From assembly GCA_965223345.1 (NCBI GenBank), contig CBDCWG010000012.1, positions 1,792,001-1,856,000 of the forward strand: 64,000 bases of DNA. Direction: 5' to 3'. The first letter of the stretch is position 1. Every line of letters begins with the position of its first letter. Made by a program: the position numbers and the translations under genes. This DNA is from Nitrospinales bacterium (GTDB lineage Bacteria > Nitrospinota > Nitrospinia > Nitrospinales > VA-1). Below, piece after piece: positions 1 to 10,039 of the stretch. The notes under the pieces were generated by a model. That model made no database searches. It was not told the origin of the DNA and was given only the letters and a program-made list of their open reading frames with translations.

Positions 1-128
1 TGGATGCTCTGCAGGCAGGAGATCACGTTGCCGAAGGGTTTGTGCGGAACGGTGAACTCCTGCCAGTAGCTGGCGGAGTCGGGTTTGTCCTGACGCCGGA
101 TTTTAAGCGTGACGGTTTTGGGTTCCAT
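1..128 (-). CDS. sdhB: succinate dehydrogenase/fumarate reductase Fe-S subunit, N-terminus only (runs off window)
   Basis: Manual translation MEPKTVTLKIRRQDKPDSASYWQEFTVPHKPFGNVISCLQSI; starts 3 nt after the sdhA stop. Confidence 0.85.
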   Translation of the reverse strand, partial: MEPKTVTLKIRRQDKPDSASYWQEFTVPHKPFGNVISCLQSI

Positions 129-131
129 GAC

Positions 132-2072
132 TCAGTCGTATTTTCTCGGCCGGGGCGCAACCAGGGAGGTGTCCACCTTCTCGTAGGTTATTTCCGGCTG
201 GTTGTTCTTGAATTCGGCGACGGAGGTGTTCAACCAGTTGCGGTTGTTTTCCTCGAACCGTTTGATGTAGTCCAGATGATCCGGCGGGATGTCCTGCTCG
301 GCGGCCTCGCCGTAGTTTTTCTTTTCCACGTAATCGATGTACTCGTGCGGGTCGAATTTCTTGGGCTGGATCAGGTCGAATTCCGGTTTGTAGTGGGCGC
401 CGCGGCATTCGTCGCGCATCAGCGCGCCGCGGGTGATGATCTTCGACAGCTGGATCATGCAGTGAAGCTGGTTGATGAAGCTGTGCGTCGGATTGGCCCA
501 GTCGCTGCTGTCCACGCAGCGCACGTTGCTGAAGCGCGATTCGATCTCGTCGATGGCGTGGATGGTTTTTTCCAGGGTCTTGTTGTCGCGCACGATGAGC
601 ACGTTCGCCATCATCAGATCGCCCAGTTCCTGGTGCAGCTGGTAGGGGTTTTCGCTGCCGTTCATTTTCTTGATGGTCGCGAAGCGGTCCACCCAGTAGG
701 TGCGCGCTTCCTCAAAGACGTTGGAGGAAATGTCCTCGACCGCGTGGCTCAGGCTTTCGGTGTGGTTGAGGACGCCCGGCGCCATCATGAGACCGGTGTA
801 GATGCAGCTCAAAAGCGAGTTGGCGCCCAGCCGGTTGGCCCCGTGGAACTGGTAGTCGGCCTCGCCGGCGGCGTAGAGCCCCTGGATGGAGGTCATCTGG
901 TTTCTCGGCGAGGCGTGGTCGATCAGGCCGCGGTCGTCGGGCTGAAAGTCGGTCCACAGGCCGCCCATCGAATAATGCACGGCGGGAAAGATTTTCATCG
1001 GCACTTCGCGCGGATCGTCGCCGGTGAATTTTTTGTAGATGTCGATGATGCCGCCCAGCCGGTCGTCGAGGTAGGTCTTGGATTTGTGCGTGAGATCCAG
1101 ATAGACCATGGGCTCGCCGCCGATGCCGAGCTTCTGGTTGTAGACGATTTCGTAAATCTCGCGGGAGGCCACATCGCGCGGCACCAGGTTGCCGTATTGC
1201 GGGTATTTCTCCTCGAGAAAATAAGTGCGCTCGCCTTCGGGAATGGCCTGCGGCAGGCGGTTGTCGAAGCGTTTGCTGGGCACCCAGATGCGCCCGCCTT
1301 CGCCGCGCGCCGACTCGCTCATCAGGCGCAGCTTGTCCTGCCCGGGAATGGCGGTGGGGTGGATCTGGATGAACTCGGCGTTGGCGTATTTGGCTCCCTG
1401 CAGGTAGGCCATGGTGGCGGCGGCGCCGGTGTTCACGGTGGAGGCGGTGGAGCGCGCGTAGACCTGGCTGGGGCCGCCGGTGGCCAGGATCACCGCGTCG
1501 CCGGCGAGCGAGAAGATCTCGTTGGTGCGCAGGTCGTGGATGATCGCGCCGCGGCAGATGCCCTGGCTGTCGAGCACCGCTCCCAGGTATTCGTGCCATT
1601 CCATGGTCTGCACCAGCCCGTCGTGCTCGTGGCGGCGCACCTGCTCGTCCAGCGCGTACACCAGCTGCTGGCCGGTGGTGGCTCCGGCGAACGCGGTGCG
1701 GGAATACAGGGTGCCGCCGAAGCGGCGGAATTCGAGATGCCCTTCCTTGGTCCGGTTGAACGCGACGCCCATGCGATCCAGAAGGTGGATGATCGCCGGC
1801 GCCTGGTGGCACATGTCGCGCACCAGCGGCTGCTGGGCGAGGAAATCGCCGCCGCGGATGGTGTCGAAAAAATGCCGTTCCGGCGAATCGCCTTCGTCCT
1901 TGGCGTCCATGGCGGCGTTGATGCCCCCCTGGGCGCAGACCGAGTGGGACCGCTTGAGGGACTGGTAGGCGACGAGGATCACTTCCGCGTGCATTTCGCA
2001 GAGCTTCATGGCGGCGGACAGCCCCGCGAGCCCGCCTCCCACGACGATGATGCGTTTTCTGCGTTTGGACAT
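132..2072 (-). CDS. sdhA: succinate dehydrogenase flavoprotein subunit
   Basis: GGGLAG FAD motif, RSHSVCAQGGINA covalent-FAD His motif, HYSMGG, HGANRLGANSL. Confidence 0.97.
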   Translation of the reverse strand: MSKRRKRIIVVGGGLAGLSAAMKLCEMHAEVILVAYQSLKRSHSVCAQGGINAAMDAKDEGDSPERHFFDTIRGGDFLAQQPLVRDMCHQAPAIIHLLDRMGVAFNRTKEGHLEFRRFGGTLYSRTAFAGATTGQQLVYALDEQVRRHEHDGLVQTMEWHEYLGAVLDSQGICRGAIIHDLRTNEIFSLAGDAVILATGGPSQVYARSTASTVNTGAAATMAYLQGAKYANAEFIQIHPTAIPGQDKLRLMSESARGEGGRIWVPSKRFDNRLPQAIPEGERTYFLEEKYPQYGNLVPRDVASREIYEIVYNQKLGIGGEPMVYLDLTHKSKTYLDDRLGGIIDIYKKFTGDDPREVPMKIFPAVHYSMGGLWTDFQPDDRGLIDHASPRNQMTSIQGLYAAGEADYQFHGANRLGANSLLSCIYTGLMMAPGVLNHTESLSHAVEDISSNVFEEARTYWVDRFATIKKMNGSENPYQLHQELGDLMMANVLIVRDNKTLEKTIHAIDEIESRFSNVRCVDSSDWANPTHSFINQLHCMIQLSKIITRGALMRDECRGAHYKPEFDLIQPKKFDPHEYIDYVEKKNYGEAAEQDIPPDHLDYIKRFEENNRNWLNTSVAEFKNNQPEITYEKVDTSLVAPRPRKYD

Positions 2073-2076
2073 GAAC

Positions 2077-2754
2077 TCAGCCTCCCTCGGTTGCGGTGAC
2101 CGGCACCGGGTCCAGTGAAAACTCCGCGACGGTGGCGAAGCCGAGCAGGATCAGCCCGAGCCCCACCAGGGTGAACAGGATGCTGGCGTTGCGCTGCGCG
2201 GTGCGGCCGAGGATGATGCCCCAGGACATGCAGAAGCTCCACAGGCCGTTGCCGAAATGAAACGCCGCTGCGGTGATGCCGATCATGTAGACGATGCGTC
2301 CGGTCCAGGTCCTGAACTCGTCGTTCATGATGTCGATCAGAAACGGCGCGGCCTCGAACCCGGTTTTGCCGTAGTACAGTTTGGGAGCGACCGTGGTGCC
2401 CATGTGGTAGATGAGAAAGACGAACACGATGGCGCCGGAGATCCTCTGCAAAAGGTACATCCAGTTGCGCGGGTAGCGGTAGCGCAGCACGTTGGGTTTG
2501 CCGGTGAAGGTGATGTAAAACCCGAGAAACGAATGTATGAGCAGAGGCAGATAGATGAAAAGAACCTCGATGGCAAACAGAAACGGCAGGTTGTTGATGA
2601 GATCGATGCTCAACTGATACTGCCAGGCGCCGACGGTGCGCAGGGAATTGACGGACAGATGAAACACCAGAAACACGCCGATCGGCACGATCCCGGTCAG
2701 GGAGTGGATCTTGAGCAGGAGAAAATGGATCTGGTCTTTTGTGCGTGTTTCCAT
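2077..2754 (-). CDS. sdhC: succinate dehydrogenase cytochrome b558 subunit (single membrane anchor)
   Basis: KIHSLTGIVPIG, QRISG, FHFGNGLW; about five hydrophobic segments; directly upstream of sdhA. Confidence 0.92.
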   Translation of the reverse strand: METRTKDQIHFLLLKIHSLTGIVPIGVFLVFHLSVNSLRTVGAWQYQLSIDLINNLPFLFAIEVLFIYLPLLIHSFLGFYITFTGKPNVLRYRYPRNWMYLLQRISGAIVFVFLIYHMGTTVAPKLYYGKTGFEAAPFLIDIMNDEFRTWTGRIVYMIGITAAAFHFGNGLWSFCMSWGIILGRTAQRNASILFTLVGLGLILLGFATVAEFSLDPVPVTATEGG

Positions 2755-3018
2755 GATCCGCAGCGACCGGTCAACCCGCCCGGCGGGAACGGCCGCTTTC
2801 CGGATGGTTCCTTAGCAGAAGAAAGCGGTGACGGCACTTCCCGGGAGGGGTCGTCTGGCTTTGAATTGGGTTTTAACGTGAGAAATGCAAGAGGAATTCA
2901 GATTGCATCTGGATTCCGGTACCCATTCATTTTGATTCAAAATGAACGCATAAACAAGGATATTCCTGATGCCGAATGGAATCGGCCGGCAGTGAGGAGC
3001 GCTTACGGGGGGCGGGAA

Positions 3019-3294
3019 TCAGAAATCGTATTCCAGCAGCGGGCGATCTTTGAAGCCAGGGTCGATCGGTTTGTCGTCTGGCCCGATCTTCAGGTTCTCC
3101 GGATTCTGCACGAACAGGTCCACGAATCCGCACTTGCCGCAGACCTTCGGTTGCAGGGGGACCTTTTTCTCAACGCCGTGGTCGCGGCGGACCACCATGA
3201 TGAGTTCCAGGTCCTTGCTGGTTCTTAAGCCGATATCGCCTTTGGCGATGCTGGTTTCTCCGCATTTCGAGCACACATCGGTGTCTTTTGTCAT
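3019..3294 (-). CDS. small zinc-ribbon-like hypothetical protein
   Basis: CSKC and CGKC pairs; ATG at 3294 preceded by GAGGA. Confidence 0.65.
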   Translation of the reverse strand: MTKDTDVCSKCGETSIAKGDIGLRTSKDLELIMVVRRDHGVEKKVPLQPKVCGKCGFVDLFVQNPENLKIGPDDKPIDPGFKDRPLLEYDF

Positions 3295-3413
3295 GGGACT
3301 CGTCCTCAAAAAGAAAATACGGTTGAATGCAGGCAACACCGGACAAAAAAAAACGCCTTTCTCCGTAGGGCATTATAGCATCCGCAGGAGAAAGGCGCGT
3401 TACAGAGTGACAA

Positions 3414-3794
3414 TTATTTCGTCATCGGCATCGACTGGGACACGCCGTGAACGGAGCTGTAGGTCCGGTCTTCTTTAACGCGCTTGGTGGGGCTGGAGGT
3501 GTCGCCGCCCTCGGAGTCGATTTTGTTGATCAGTTCCCTGAGCTCCTTGCCGGGATGAAATACGGGCTTTTTGCGCAAGGGCAGATAAAGCGGTTCGCCG
3601 GTGATGGGCTTTTTCGCCACCCGGGCTTTGTGCTCATTGATTCGGAAAGAGCCGAATCCCTGCACCACCACACGGCCCTCTTTTTCGAGGTTCTGCATGA
3701 TGGCGTCCAAAAAGGCGGTCAGGTACTTGTCCGCTTCCTTCTTGGAAACATTCATTCGCAAGGACAATTTCGTGGTCAAATCAGATCGGGTCAT
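3414..3794 (-). CDS. HU/IHF family DNA-binding protein with C-terminal extension
   Basis: MTRSDL..., VVQGFGSF, KPVFHPGKEL; GGAGG RBS before ATG at 3794. Confidence 0.9.
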   Translation of the reverse strand: MTRSDLTTKLSLRMNVSKKEADKYLTAFLDAIMQNLEKEGRVVVQGFGSFRINEHKARVAKKPITGEPLYLPLRKKPVFHPGKELRELINKIDSEGGDTSSPTKRVKEDRTYSSVHGVSQSMPMTK

Positions 3795-4280
3795 TTTTTT
3801 CCTGCCTCCCCCCCAAAAGTTGTGGTTTTCGTGGCTATGACCGATATGGAAAGCAAGAATCAGGCCAATTTCCTGGAAGCCGTGTAAATCTATATATTTC
3901 AAAATTTTAATGGGTTTCGATAAATCCCGGCCCTTCAACGGTTTCCAATTTTTGTCAACATTCTTGGACACTGTTGTACACAAATTTGACCGTTTTTTCG
4001 GTCTGCCAAAATACTGGATATTCCAGCGTTTCGCCTTCCGAACCGCGGCGGGTGCCGGAAACGGGGTAGCCGCAAAAGGCCCCCGAACGGGAGGGCAGGG
4101 GGTGGGGGAGGGGGCTGATTTCGCTCCGATTTGAGACTTTTCCCCTCCGAATTTTAATTGAATTAGGGCTTTATTTAGGCCTCAAGAATCCCGTAAAATG
4201 AACCGCCATTTTTACTTAGAAGCACCGGCAATGTGGCTGAATGGGGGACACCACCGACAGAACGGGGAGAAAGAAACGTG

Positions 4281-5957
4281 ATGAGGAAGAAATGGATACC
4301 GGGCGTGGCCGCGATCTTCCTTTTGGGGGTCGTGAGTTGGGGCGAAGCTTCGGCGGGCAAGGCCTCAGATGTCATATTTCAGGCTTTTCAGGAAGAGATG
4401 AGCCGGTCCCTTACGGATCTCAAGACGGAAGACTTTCCGGCTCCGTATTTCATCAATTACCAGATCCGGCACAACCACCACATTGAGGTTTCGGGCAGCC
4501 TGGGCGCCCTGGTCGATTCCAAAGACCAGGAAAAGCGCCACCTGTTCGTGGATGTGCGGGTGGGCAATCCCAAGTTCGACAGCTCCACGCCGGGCAGCCA
4601 CGATCACAACGTGCGACAGCTGGTTCCGCTCGACAACGACCTCAAATCCCTCAAGCGCGCGCTCTGGTACGAAACCGACATCCGCTACAAGCAGGCGGTG
4701 ATGAACCTCTTACGCAAAAAAGGCCGCCGGTTCAGCGGCGTGGAGACCTTCACGCTGGCCAATTTTTCCGCCGGCAACGGCCCGGCGGTGCGCATCGATG
4801 TGCCGCTGCCGGAACAGGTGGCCATCGCCCAATGGGAGGACACGGTGCGGCAGGTCTCCGGACGCTTCACCCGCTCCCCGGACATCGAAAAATCCAGCGT
4901 GCGCATCGTGTACGATCACAACCGGCGTTACTACCTCGATTCGGAAGGCAACCGCATCGAGGACGGCAAGCAGCATTATAAAATCGTCATGGAAACCTGG
5001 ATCAAATCCGACGCCGGTTCGCAGATCCACGACCAGGACACGGTTTATTTTTCCTCATCCGAAAACTTTCCCACCGTGGTGGAGCTCAACGAACGGGCCG
5101 ACCGCCTGATGGCGGAAACGCAGGCGCTCAAACACGCGCCGCGCATGGAGCCTTATGTGGGGCCCGCCCTCTTCAGCCCGGAAGCGGCGGCGGTGCTGTT
5201 CCACGAGGCGATCGGGCACCGGTTGGAAGGTGACCGGTTGCGCCTGTCGCACGACGGGAAAACCTTCGTGCGCAAGATCGGCCAGCAGATCCTGCCCTCG
5301 TTCGTGAGCGTGATCGACAACCCGAGACTGCAACGCTCCTCCGGCAAGGACCTTTTGGGGCATTACCTGTACGACGACCAGGGCCAGCAGAGCGAGGAAG
5401 TGGTGCTGGTGGACAAGGGCGTGCTGAAAAACTTCCTGCTTTCGCGCGCGCCGGTGGCGGGCTTCAACAAATCGAACGGGCACGGCCGCAGCGACGGGGT
5501 CAAGTTTCCCTTTTCCCGCATGGGCAACGTCATCGTGCATTCGGACAAGGTGAAGAGCCAGGACCAACTTAAGGAAAGCCTTTTGCAGGAAGTCCGCAGG
5601 CAGGGCAAACCCTACGGCCTGATGATCCGCAAGATGATCAGCGGCGAAACCCTCACCGACACCAAGCAGTTCCAGGTGTTCAAGGGAAAGCCGCTGTACC
5701 TCTATAAAGTCTATCCCGAAGATGGCCGCGAGGAACTGGTGCGCGGAGTGGAATTCGTCGGCACGCCGCTGGCCATGATCAGCAAGATCATCGCCACAGG
5801 CGACGACACGACCGTCACCAACGGGTTCTGCGTCGCCGAATCGGGAGCGGTGCCGGTCTCCAGCCAGACCCCGAGCATCCTGCTTTCGGAGGTGGAACTG
5901 CAGACTGCGCACGAAGTGCCGCTGAGAAAGCCGATCCTCAACCCGCCGCCCCTGTAA
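4281..5957 (+). CDS. TldD/PmbA family metalloprotease with predicted signal peptide
   Basis: HEAIGHRLE (HExxxH), SNGHGR, RMGN, GFC near the C-terminus; hydrophobic N-terminus. Confidence 0.88.
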   Translation: MRKKWIPGVAAIFLLGVVSWGEASAGKASDVIFQAFQEEMSRSLTDLKTEDFPAPYFINYQIRHNHHIEVSGSLGALVDSKDQEKRHLFVDVRVGNPKFDSSTPGSHDHNVRQLVPLDNDLKSLKRALWYETDIRYKQAVMNLLRKKGRRFSGVETFTLANFSAGNGPAVRIDVPLPEQVAIAQWEDTVRQVSGRFTRSPDIEKSSVRIVYDHNRRYYLDSEGNRIEDGKQHYKIVMETWIKSDAGSQIHDQDTVYFSSSENFPTVVELNERADRLMAETQALKHAPRMEPYVGPALFSPEAAAVLFHEAIGHRLEGDRLRLSHDGKTFVRKIGQQILPSFVSVIDNPRLQRSSGKDLLGHYLYDDQGQQSEEVVLVDKGVLKNFLLSRAPVAGFNKSNGHGRSDGVKFPFSRMGNVIVHSDKVKSQDQLKESLLQEVRRQGKPYGLMIRKMISGETLTDTKQFQVFKGKPLYLYKVYPEDGREELVRGVEFVGTPLAMISKIIATGDDTTVTNGFCVAESGAVPVSSQTPSILLSEVELQTAHEVPLRKPILNPPPL

Positions 5958-6109
5958 AATTACGGGTTTGCGGGACGACGGCGCTTTTGGAAGCGATCCG
6001 CAATAAAAAATGCCCCCGGCCTCTGGTGAACCGGGGCGTGTCGGCCTATATTGATCTTTACATACGGATGTCTCAAACCCTCTGATCCTCTCACCCACCC
6101 AAAAGGAGG

Positions 6110-6499
6110 ATGATCATGAGGGAGCGCACGGTTTTAATTTCGTTGTGGGTCGTGTTGGCGGTCGTGTTTTGCATTTCGAATCCAGCGGGCGCGGAAGTCC
6201 CTCCGGAAGACAAGCGGTTGACCAACGGCACGTTCATTCTGCATCCGGGGATGGCCGGCAGCTGCCAGAACGATTTCATCGTCGAGAATCTCAACGCCGA
6301 TCAGGCGGAGCTGACGGTGATCCTGGGCGAAGAAGAGTTTTTGAAGGACAGGATCGACGGGAAGAAAGCCAAGGCCTACGGGCTGCAGCACAACTTGGCC
6401 ACCGCCTTCATCCAGGGCAAACAAGTCCGGCCCGACGACGTCGCCACCGTTTTCAATGTGGGGGACAAATCCAACCTCCGTCTGCATTGCATGGAATGA
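6110..6499 (+). CDS. hypothetical secreted protein
   Basis: AGGAGG RBS, signal-peptide-like N-terminus (AGA-E), two Cys in the mature part. Confidence 0.7.
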   Translation: MIMRERTVLISLWVVLAVVFCISNPAGAEVPPEDKRLTNGTFILHPGMAGSCQNDFIVENLNADQAELTVILGEEEFLKDRIDGKKAKAYGLQHNLATAFIQGKQVRPDDVATVFNVGDKSNLRLHCME

Positions 6500-6540
6500 C
6501 CCGATCGCCCGCTGAACAGGGTCACCCGACCGTTTAACAA

Positions 6541-6573
6541 GCCGGGGGCGCGCCGCGCTCCCGGTATTTTTTT
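6541..6573 (+). terminator. rho-independent terminator candidate
   Basis: GCCGGGGGCG...CGCTCCCGGT hairpin followed by a T-run. Confidence 0.55.
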
Positions 6574-6602
6574 ATCAGGACAGCCTCAGCGAGCCGCGCA
6601 CC

Positions 6603-7544
6603 ATGATGAACCGCATCGTCGTCTACCTCACCCACCCCTACGTGGACGCCTGGAACTTCAAGCCCGAGCACCGCGAGATCCTTCAGGAGGCGGCGCCGGG
6701 ACTGGACGTGGATGTGTGCTACAGCTCCGGCGAGTTTCTCGAACTGCTGCCGGAGGCGGAAGCGGTGGTGGTGTGGTATTTCAAAAAAGACTGGCTAGCC
6801 AAAGCGCCGATGCTTCGGCTGATCGCCACGCCGGCGGCAGGCCGGGACTGGATCGACGTGCAGGAGAGTGAAACGCTGACGATTTCCCACGGCGGCTTTC
6901 ACGGGCCGATGATGGCGGAATCGGTGGTGGGGGCGGTGTTTTATTTCCTCAAGGCGTTCAAGCAGAGCGCCGCGTTTCAGAAGCAAAGAAAATGGGCGGT
7001 GAAAAAGATCTCCGATCAGCTGGGCTCGCTGTATCAGGCGCAGGTCACGATCCTCGGATTCGGCAGGATCGGCCAGACCCTCGGCCGGGCGCTCAAACCG
7101 TTCGGCTGCCGCATCGCCGGCATCAAGCGGACGCCGATCGTGCCGCCGGATTATTTCACAGAAGGCGATGAAATTTTCACCGATCCCGACATCACCGATG
7201 TGCTGAGAGAGACGCAGCACCTCGTCATCGTGCTGCCCGGCGGTGCAGAGACCGACGGATTGCTGACGCGCGAGCATTTCCGCGCGCTGTCCGACACGGC
7301 GTATCTGTACAACGTGGGGCGCGGCAACCCTTACAAGGAAGACGATCTGGTGGCCGCACTCAAAAACGGCGAACTGGCGGGTGCGTATCTGGATGTGTTC
7401 AACCACGAACCCCTGCCGGAAACCTCGCAACTGTGGGAACGGGACAACGTGCTGATCCAGCCGCACCTGTCGGCGGCTTCACCGCAATACCTGGAGCTCT
7501 TCGCCCGCGAACTGGGCGCGAAGATCGCGTCGGGGAAACTCTAG
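6603..7544 (+). CDS. D-2-hydroxyacid dehydrogenase family protein
   Basis: GFGRIG Rossmann motif, NVGRG, LDVFNHEPLP, PH. Confidence 0.92.
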   Translation: MMNRIVVYLTHPYVDAWNFKPEHREILQEAAPGLDVDVCYSSGEFLELLPEAEAVVVWYFKKDWLAKAPMLRLIATPAAGRDWIDVQESETLTISHGGFHGPMMAESVVGAVFYFLKAFKQSAAFQKQRKWAVKKISDQLGSLYQAQVTILGFGRIGQTLGRALKPFGCRIAGIKRTPIVPPDYFTEGDEIFTDPDITDVLRETQHLVIVLPGGAETDGLLTREHFRALSDTAYLYNVGRGNPYKEDDLVAALKNGELAGAYLDVFNHEPLPETSQLWERDNVLIQPHLSAASPQYLELFARELGAKIASGKL

Positions 7545-7545
7545 A

Positions 7546-7772
7546 AAAAGAAAAAGCGGGACAGGATGACAGGATAAAATCTGAAAAGCAGCCTCGCGCA
7601 AAGACGCGAAGGCGCAAAGGAAAACGAAATAAAAAATCCCTCAAGCTACCTCCAGTTGTTTAATGAGTGAGTGTCGGGCTTAGCTCGACCTCCCCTGGAG
7701 GAAGGTCAAGCGAAGCTTGACACCCGTTTATCAAAAAAATTAAAGGTGACTTGAGGGCTGGGTGAGGGGGAG
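7546..7772. repeat. REP/MITE-like repeat mosaic, left copy
   Basis: Blocks AAAAGAAAAAGC, CCTCGCGCAAAGACGC, TCAAGCTACCT, GACCTCCCCTGGAGG and GGGCTGGGTGAGGG recur reverse-complemented at about 10040-10299. Confidence 0.75.
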
Positions 7773-7789
7773 AAAAAATCCTTAAATGA

Positions 7790-8632
7790 TCAGATACCTT
7801 TGCCCTTTTGGGATCGTTTATATATTTTCCCATCATCCACATACGTAGTAAGGCGGTGATGTATATACCTAGATGCTCCACTCCTGTCACCAAATACTTG
7901 ATAATAGTTTTCATTCCATACCTTCACTTCTTCTAATGGATCCTTATAATCTTGTTCATATTCTAGGAAGTCGAATATTGCGCAAACACTTCTTTTCGAT
8001 AATTCAGAGCAAGGTGGTAGCGGAGCCACCTTGTCTATGGAAATTGAATGAGATTCCATTTTTTTCCAAACAGAAATGGCTACGTCATCAAGAGATTGTT
8101 CTCTACCCCAATCTTGAATTCCATAAAAAAACTGGGGCGGAAGTGGTTTTGATGAATGGGTAAAATGGTCATAATTGGATAGGGCCATAGAAAGTTCATT
8201 TCGAATTCGGAATTCATGAAGGAGGTATGCCCTTTGAACCTCTGGTAATTCAATGCTTTTGCCAAGCTTTCTCGACTCGACCAGGAAACGAGCTGCCCGA
8301 ATCCAAATTACCCTGTCATTATTTTTTTCGCATAATAATTTGTAAACCTCGTCAAGACCCTGAGTTGCCTGCTTAAAAAAGAATTCTGAAGTTGACCGCC
8401 TCATTTCCCTATTAAAAGTAAGTATGGCTATCAACGCGGCTGTGCTCAAAGTAAGAGCAGGTAAGTGTTTGAATGGCTTGCTTGGAGCCCAGCTATCGAT
8501 ATCTAAAACGTAACCAATCTTAGACGAAGAGTCTAAAAATGGGGCGAAGTTCACGCCTATGCTGACAAACAGTGTAATCACCACAATTATTGTCAACATG
8601 GGAATCAACACTCTATAGCGACTCGCTTTCAT
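7790..8632 (-). CDS. hypothetical membrane-anchored protein (low GC)
   Basis: 280 aa ORF with two N-terminal hydrophobic segments in an AT-rich stretch. Confidence 0.7.
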   Translation of the reverse strand: MKASRYRVLIPMLTIIVVITLFVSIGVNFAPFLDSSSKIGYVLDIDSWAPSKPFKHLPALTLSTAALIAILTFNREMRRSTSEFFFKQATQGLDEVYKLLCEKNNDRVIWIRAARFLVESRKLGKSIELPEVQRAYLLHEFRIRNELSMALSNYDHFTHSSKPLPPQFFYGIQDWGREQSLDDVAISVWKKMESHSISIDKVAPLPPCSELSKRSVCAIFDFLEYEQDYKDPLEEVKVWNENYYQVFGDRSGASRYIHHRLTTYVDDGKIYKRSQKGKGI

Positions 8633-8862
8633 CAGCGTGGATAAAATCCCTTTTCATTTCGCTCTGGAATTGGAATATTATTCTTTTTTAGGTGGGCAAT
8701 AAACTTCTCTTCGAGGTGTGGGGCAAAACCATCCCAATTGCCATTATAACAACCATCGCACAAGGTCATTTTATAATGACTGAGGTGTTTTCCTTCATAT
8801 ACATGTGGTCCGTACTGAAACTCACGGTTGCACAAATCACATTTCTCCAAAATATTTTTCAT
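8632..8862 (-). CDS. small CxxC/CxxC putative zinc-binding protein (low GC)
   Basis: CDLC...CDGC; stop overlaps the next start (TGATG). Confidence 0.7.
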   Translation of the reverse strand: MKNILEKCDLCNREFQYGPHVYEGKHLSHYKMTLCDGCYNGNWDGFAPHLEEKFIAHLKKNNIPIPERNEKGFYPR

Positions 8863-8885
8863 AATTATTTTTCCCTTTGCCCATA

Positions 8886-9362
8886 CTAAAAATCTTCCAA
8901 CGCTTCTTTTCTTAGTTGTATTTTCCTCTCCGACTGAAGCTCATATTTCCTTTTGTCATAATAATGAAGCCACATGTTTCCATTCGTATGCTGCCTATAT
9001 GCTTCAATAACATCATGCTCAATCTCCCATTCCCAATCACTGACTTTGGGGGGTCTCCCCGTGCCGTATTTTTTTTGTAAAATATCTATCAAATCATTCC
9101 AGTGCCAGGATTTGATATCGAAATGTACACCCGCCAATAAATATTCACCCGACGCATTAGGCCAATAGTAAGCCTCAATATCTGCCTTGAAGCCTGCGAT
9201 AGTGCCAGTTCCATAGCACTTCATACCTCCTGAATCTGTTTTACAATTGGAGAGCCCTGTCTCTTTAGAATAAGGCTTCATTGACTCCATACCCTTTACT
9301 TTGAATCCGGATGTGGAAATAAGAAGAGAAATTCCAAAGAGGACAGGAATGATCCGGTGCAT
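8886..9362 (-). CDS. hypothetical secreted protein (low GC)
   Basis: AAAGGAG RBS, hydrophobic N-terminus, 158 aa. Confidence 0.65.
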   Translation of the reverse strand: MHRIIPVLFGISLLISTSGFKVKGMESMKPYSKETGLSNCKTDSGGMKCYGTGTIAGFKADIEAYYWPNASGEYLLAGVHFDIKSWHWNDLIDILQKKYGTGRPPKVSDWEWEIEHDVIEAYRQHTNGNMWLHYYDKRKYELQSERKIQLRKEALEDF

Positions 9363-9474
9363 GGGCGGCTCCTTTCAGTCAGAGGTGACTTCGGTGAGCG
9401 AGGGTCTTTCCTTTTATATCGGAGGGATAAGTGAGGAAGTTGAATTATTGCTTATTTGTATTTATTGAGCGAAA

Positions 9475-10002
9475 TCACTCATACGTCCCCCGGATCGGAT
9501 AGTTTGTTTCCTGAATCCATTCGACGGTTTCGAGCAGTTCACTCAGGTCGTCGCGGTTGAACGGGGTGTTGGAGATGTCGATCAATTGCACCTTGCCTTC
9601 GGCGTTCACGGCGAACATCCCCGGCTCGGAAAACGGGCGGTCGGTTTCTTCCGGCGAGCGCGGATGCGAGATGTAGAGCCCCAGCTCCTGCATCTGTTCG
9701 ATGGTGAGTCCGTAGGCTACGGGAAAGCTGAGCTTGTTGTCCTCGACGATCTTGACGGCTTTCGCTTCCGGGTCGCCGGACACAGCGAGGATCTCCGCGT
9801 TTGTGCCGAGGAATTTGTCCTTCAGGGTTTCCAGTTTGGCGAGGTACTGGTTGCACACCGGGCAGTGCTGGCCGCGGTACGCGAACACCAACTGCCAGTT
9901 GCCTTCTTTTTGCGGTTTGCCCAGCGTCGCTTTCCCGCCTCCCACCAGAGGAAAGGTGAACTCGGGCAGGCGGCTGCCTGAGGAAAGTTTTGTCGTGGCC
10001 AT
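9475..10002 (-). CDS. AhpC/TSA peroxiredoxin-like protein
   Basis: YRGQHCPVC motif, AVSGD, FSEPGMF. Confidence 0.9.
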   Translation of the reverse strand: MATTKLSSGSRLPEFTFPLVGGGKATLGKPQKEGNWQLVFAYRGQHCPVCNQYLAKLETLKDKFLGTNAEILAVSGDPEAKAVKIVEDNKLSFPVAYGLTIEQMQELGLYISHPRSPEETDRPFSEPGMFAVNAEGKVQLIDISNTPFNRDDLSELLETVEWIQETNYPIRGTYE

Positions 10003-10039
10003 ATTGATTTTCTCTCTAACGTCAGGAACTTATTTCTTT

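Noticed and set aside
42..2099. Long antisense ORFs (e.g. 42-2099, 24314-26524, 26963-29008, 35072-36730, 36708-39395)
   Set aside because: Shadow frames of well-supported genes on the opposite strand in GC-rich DNA; no motifs
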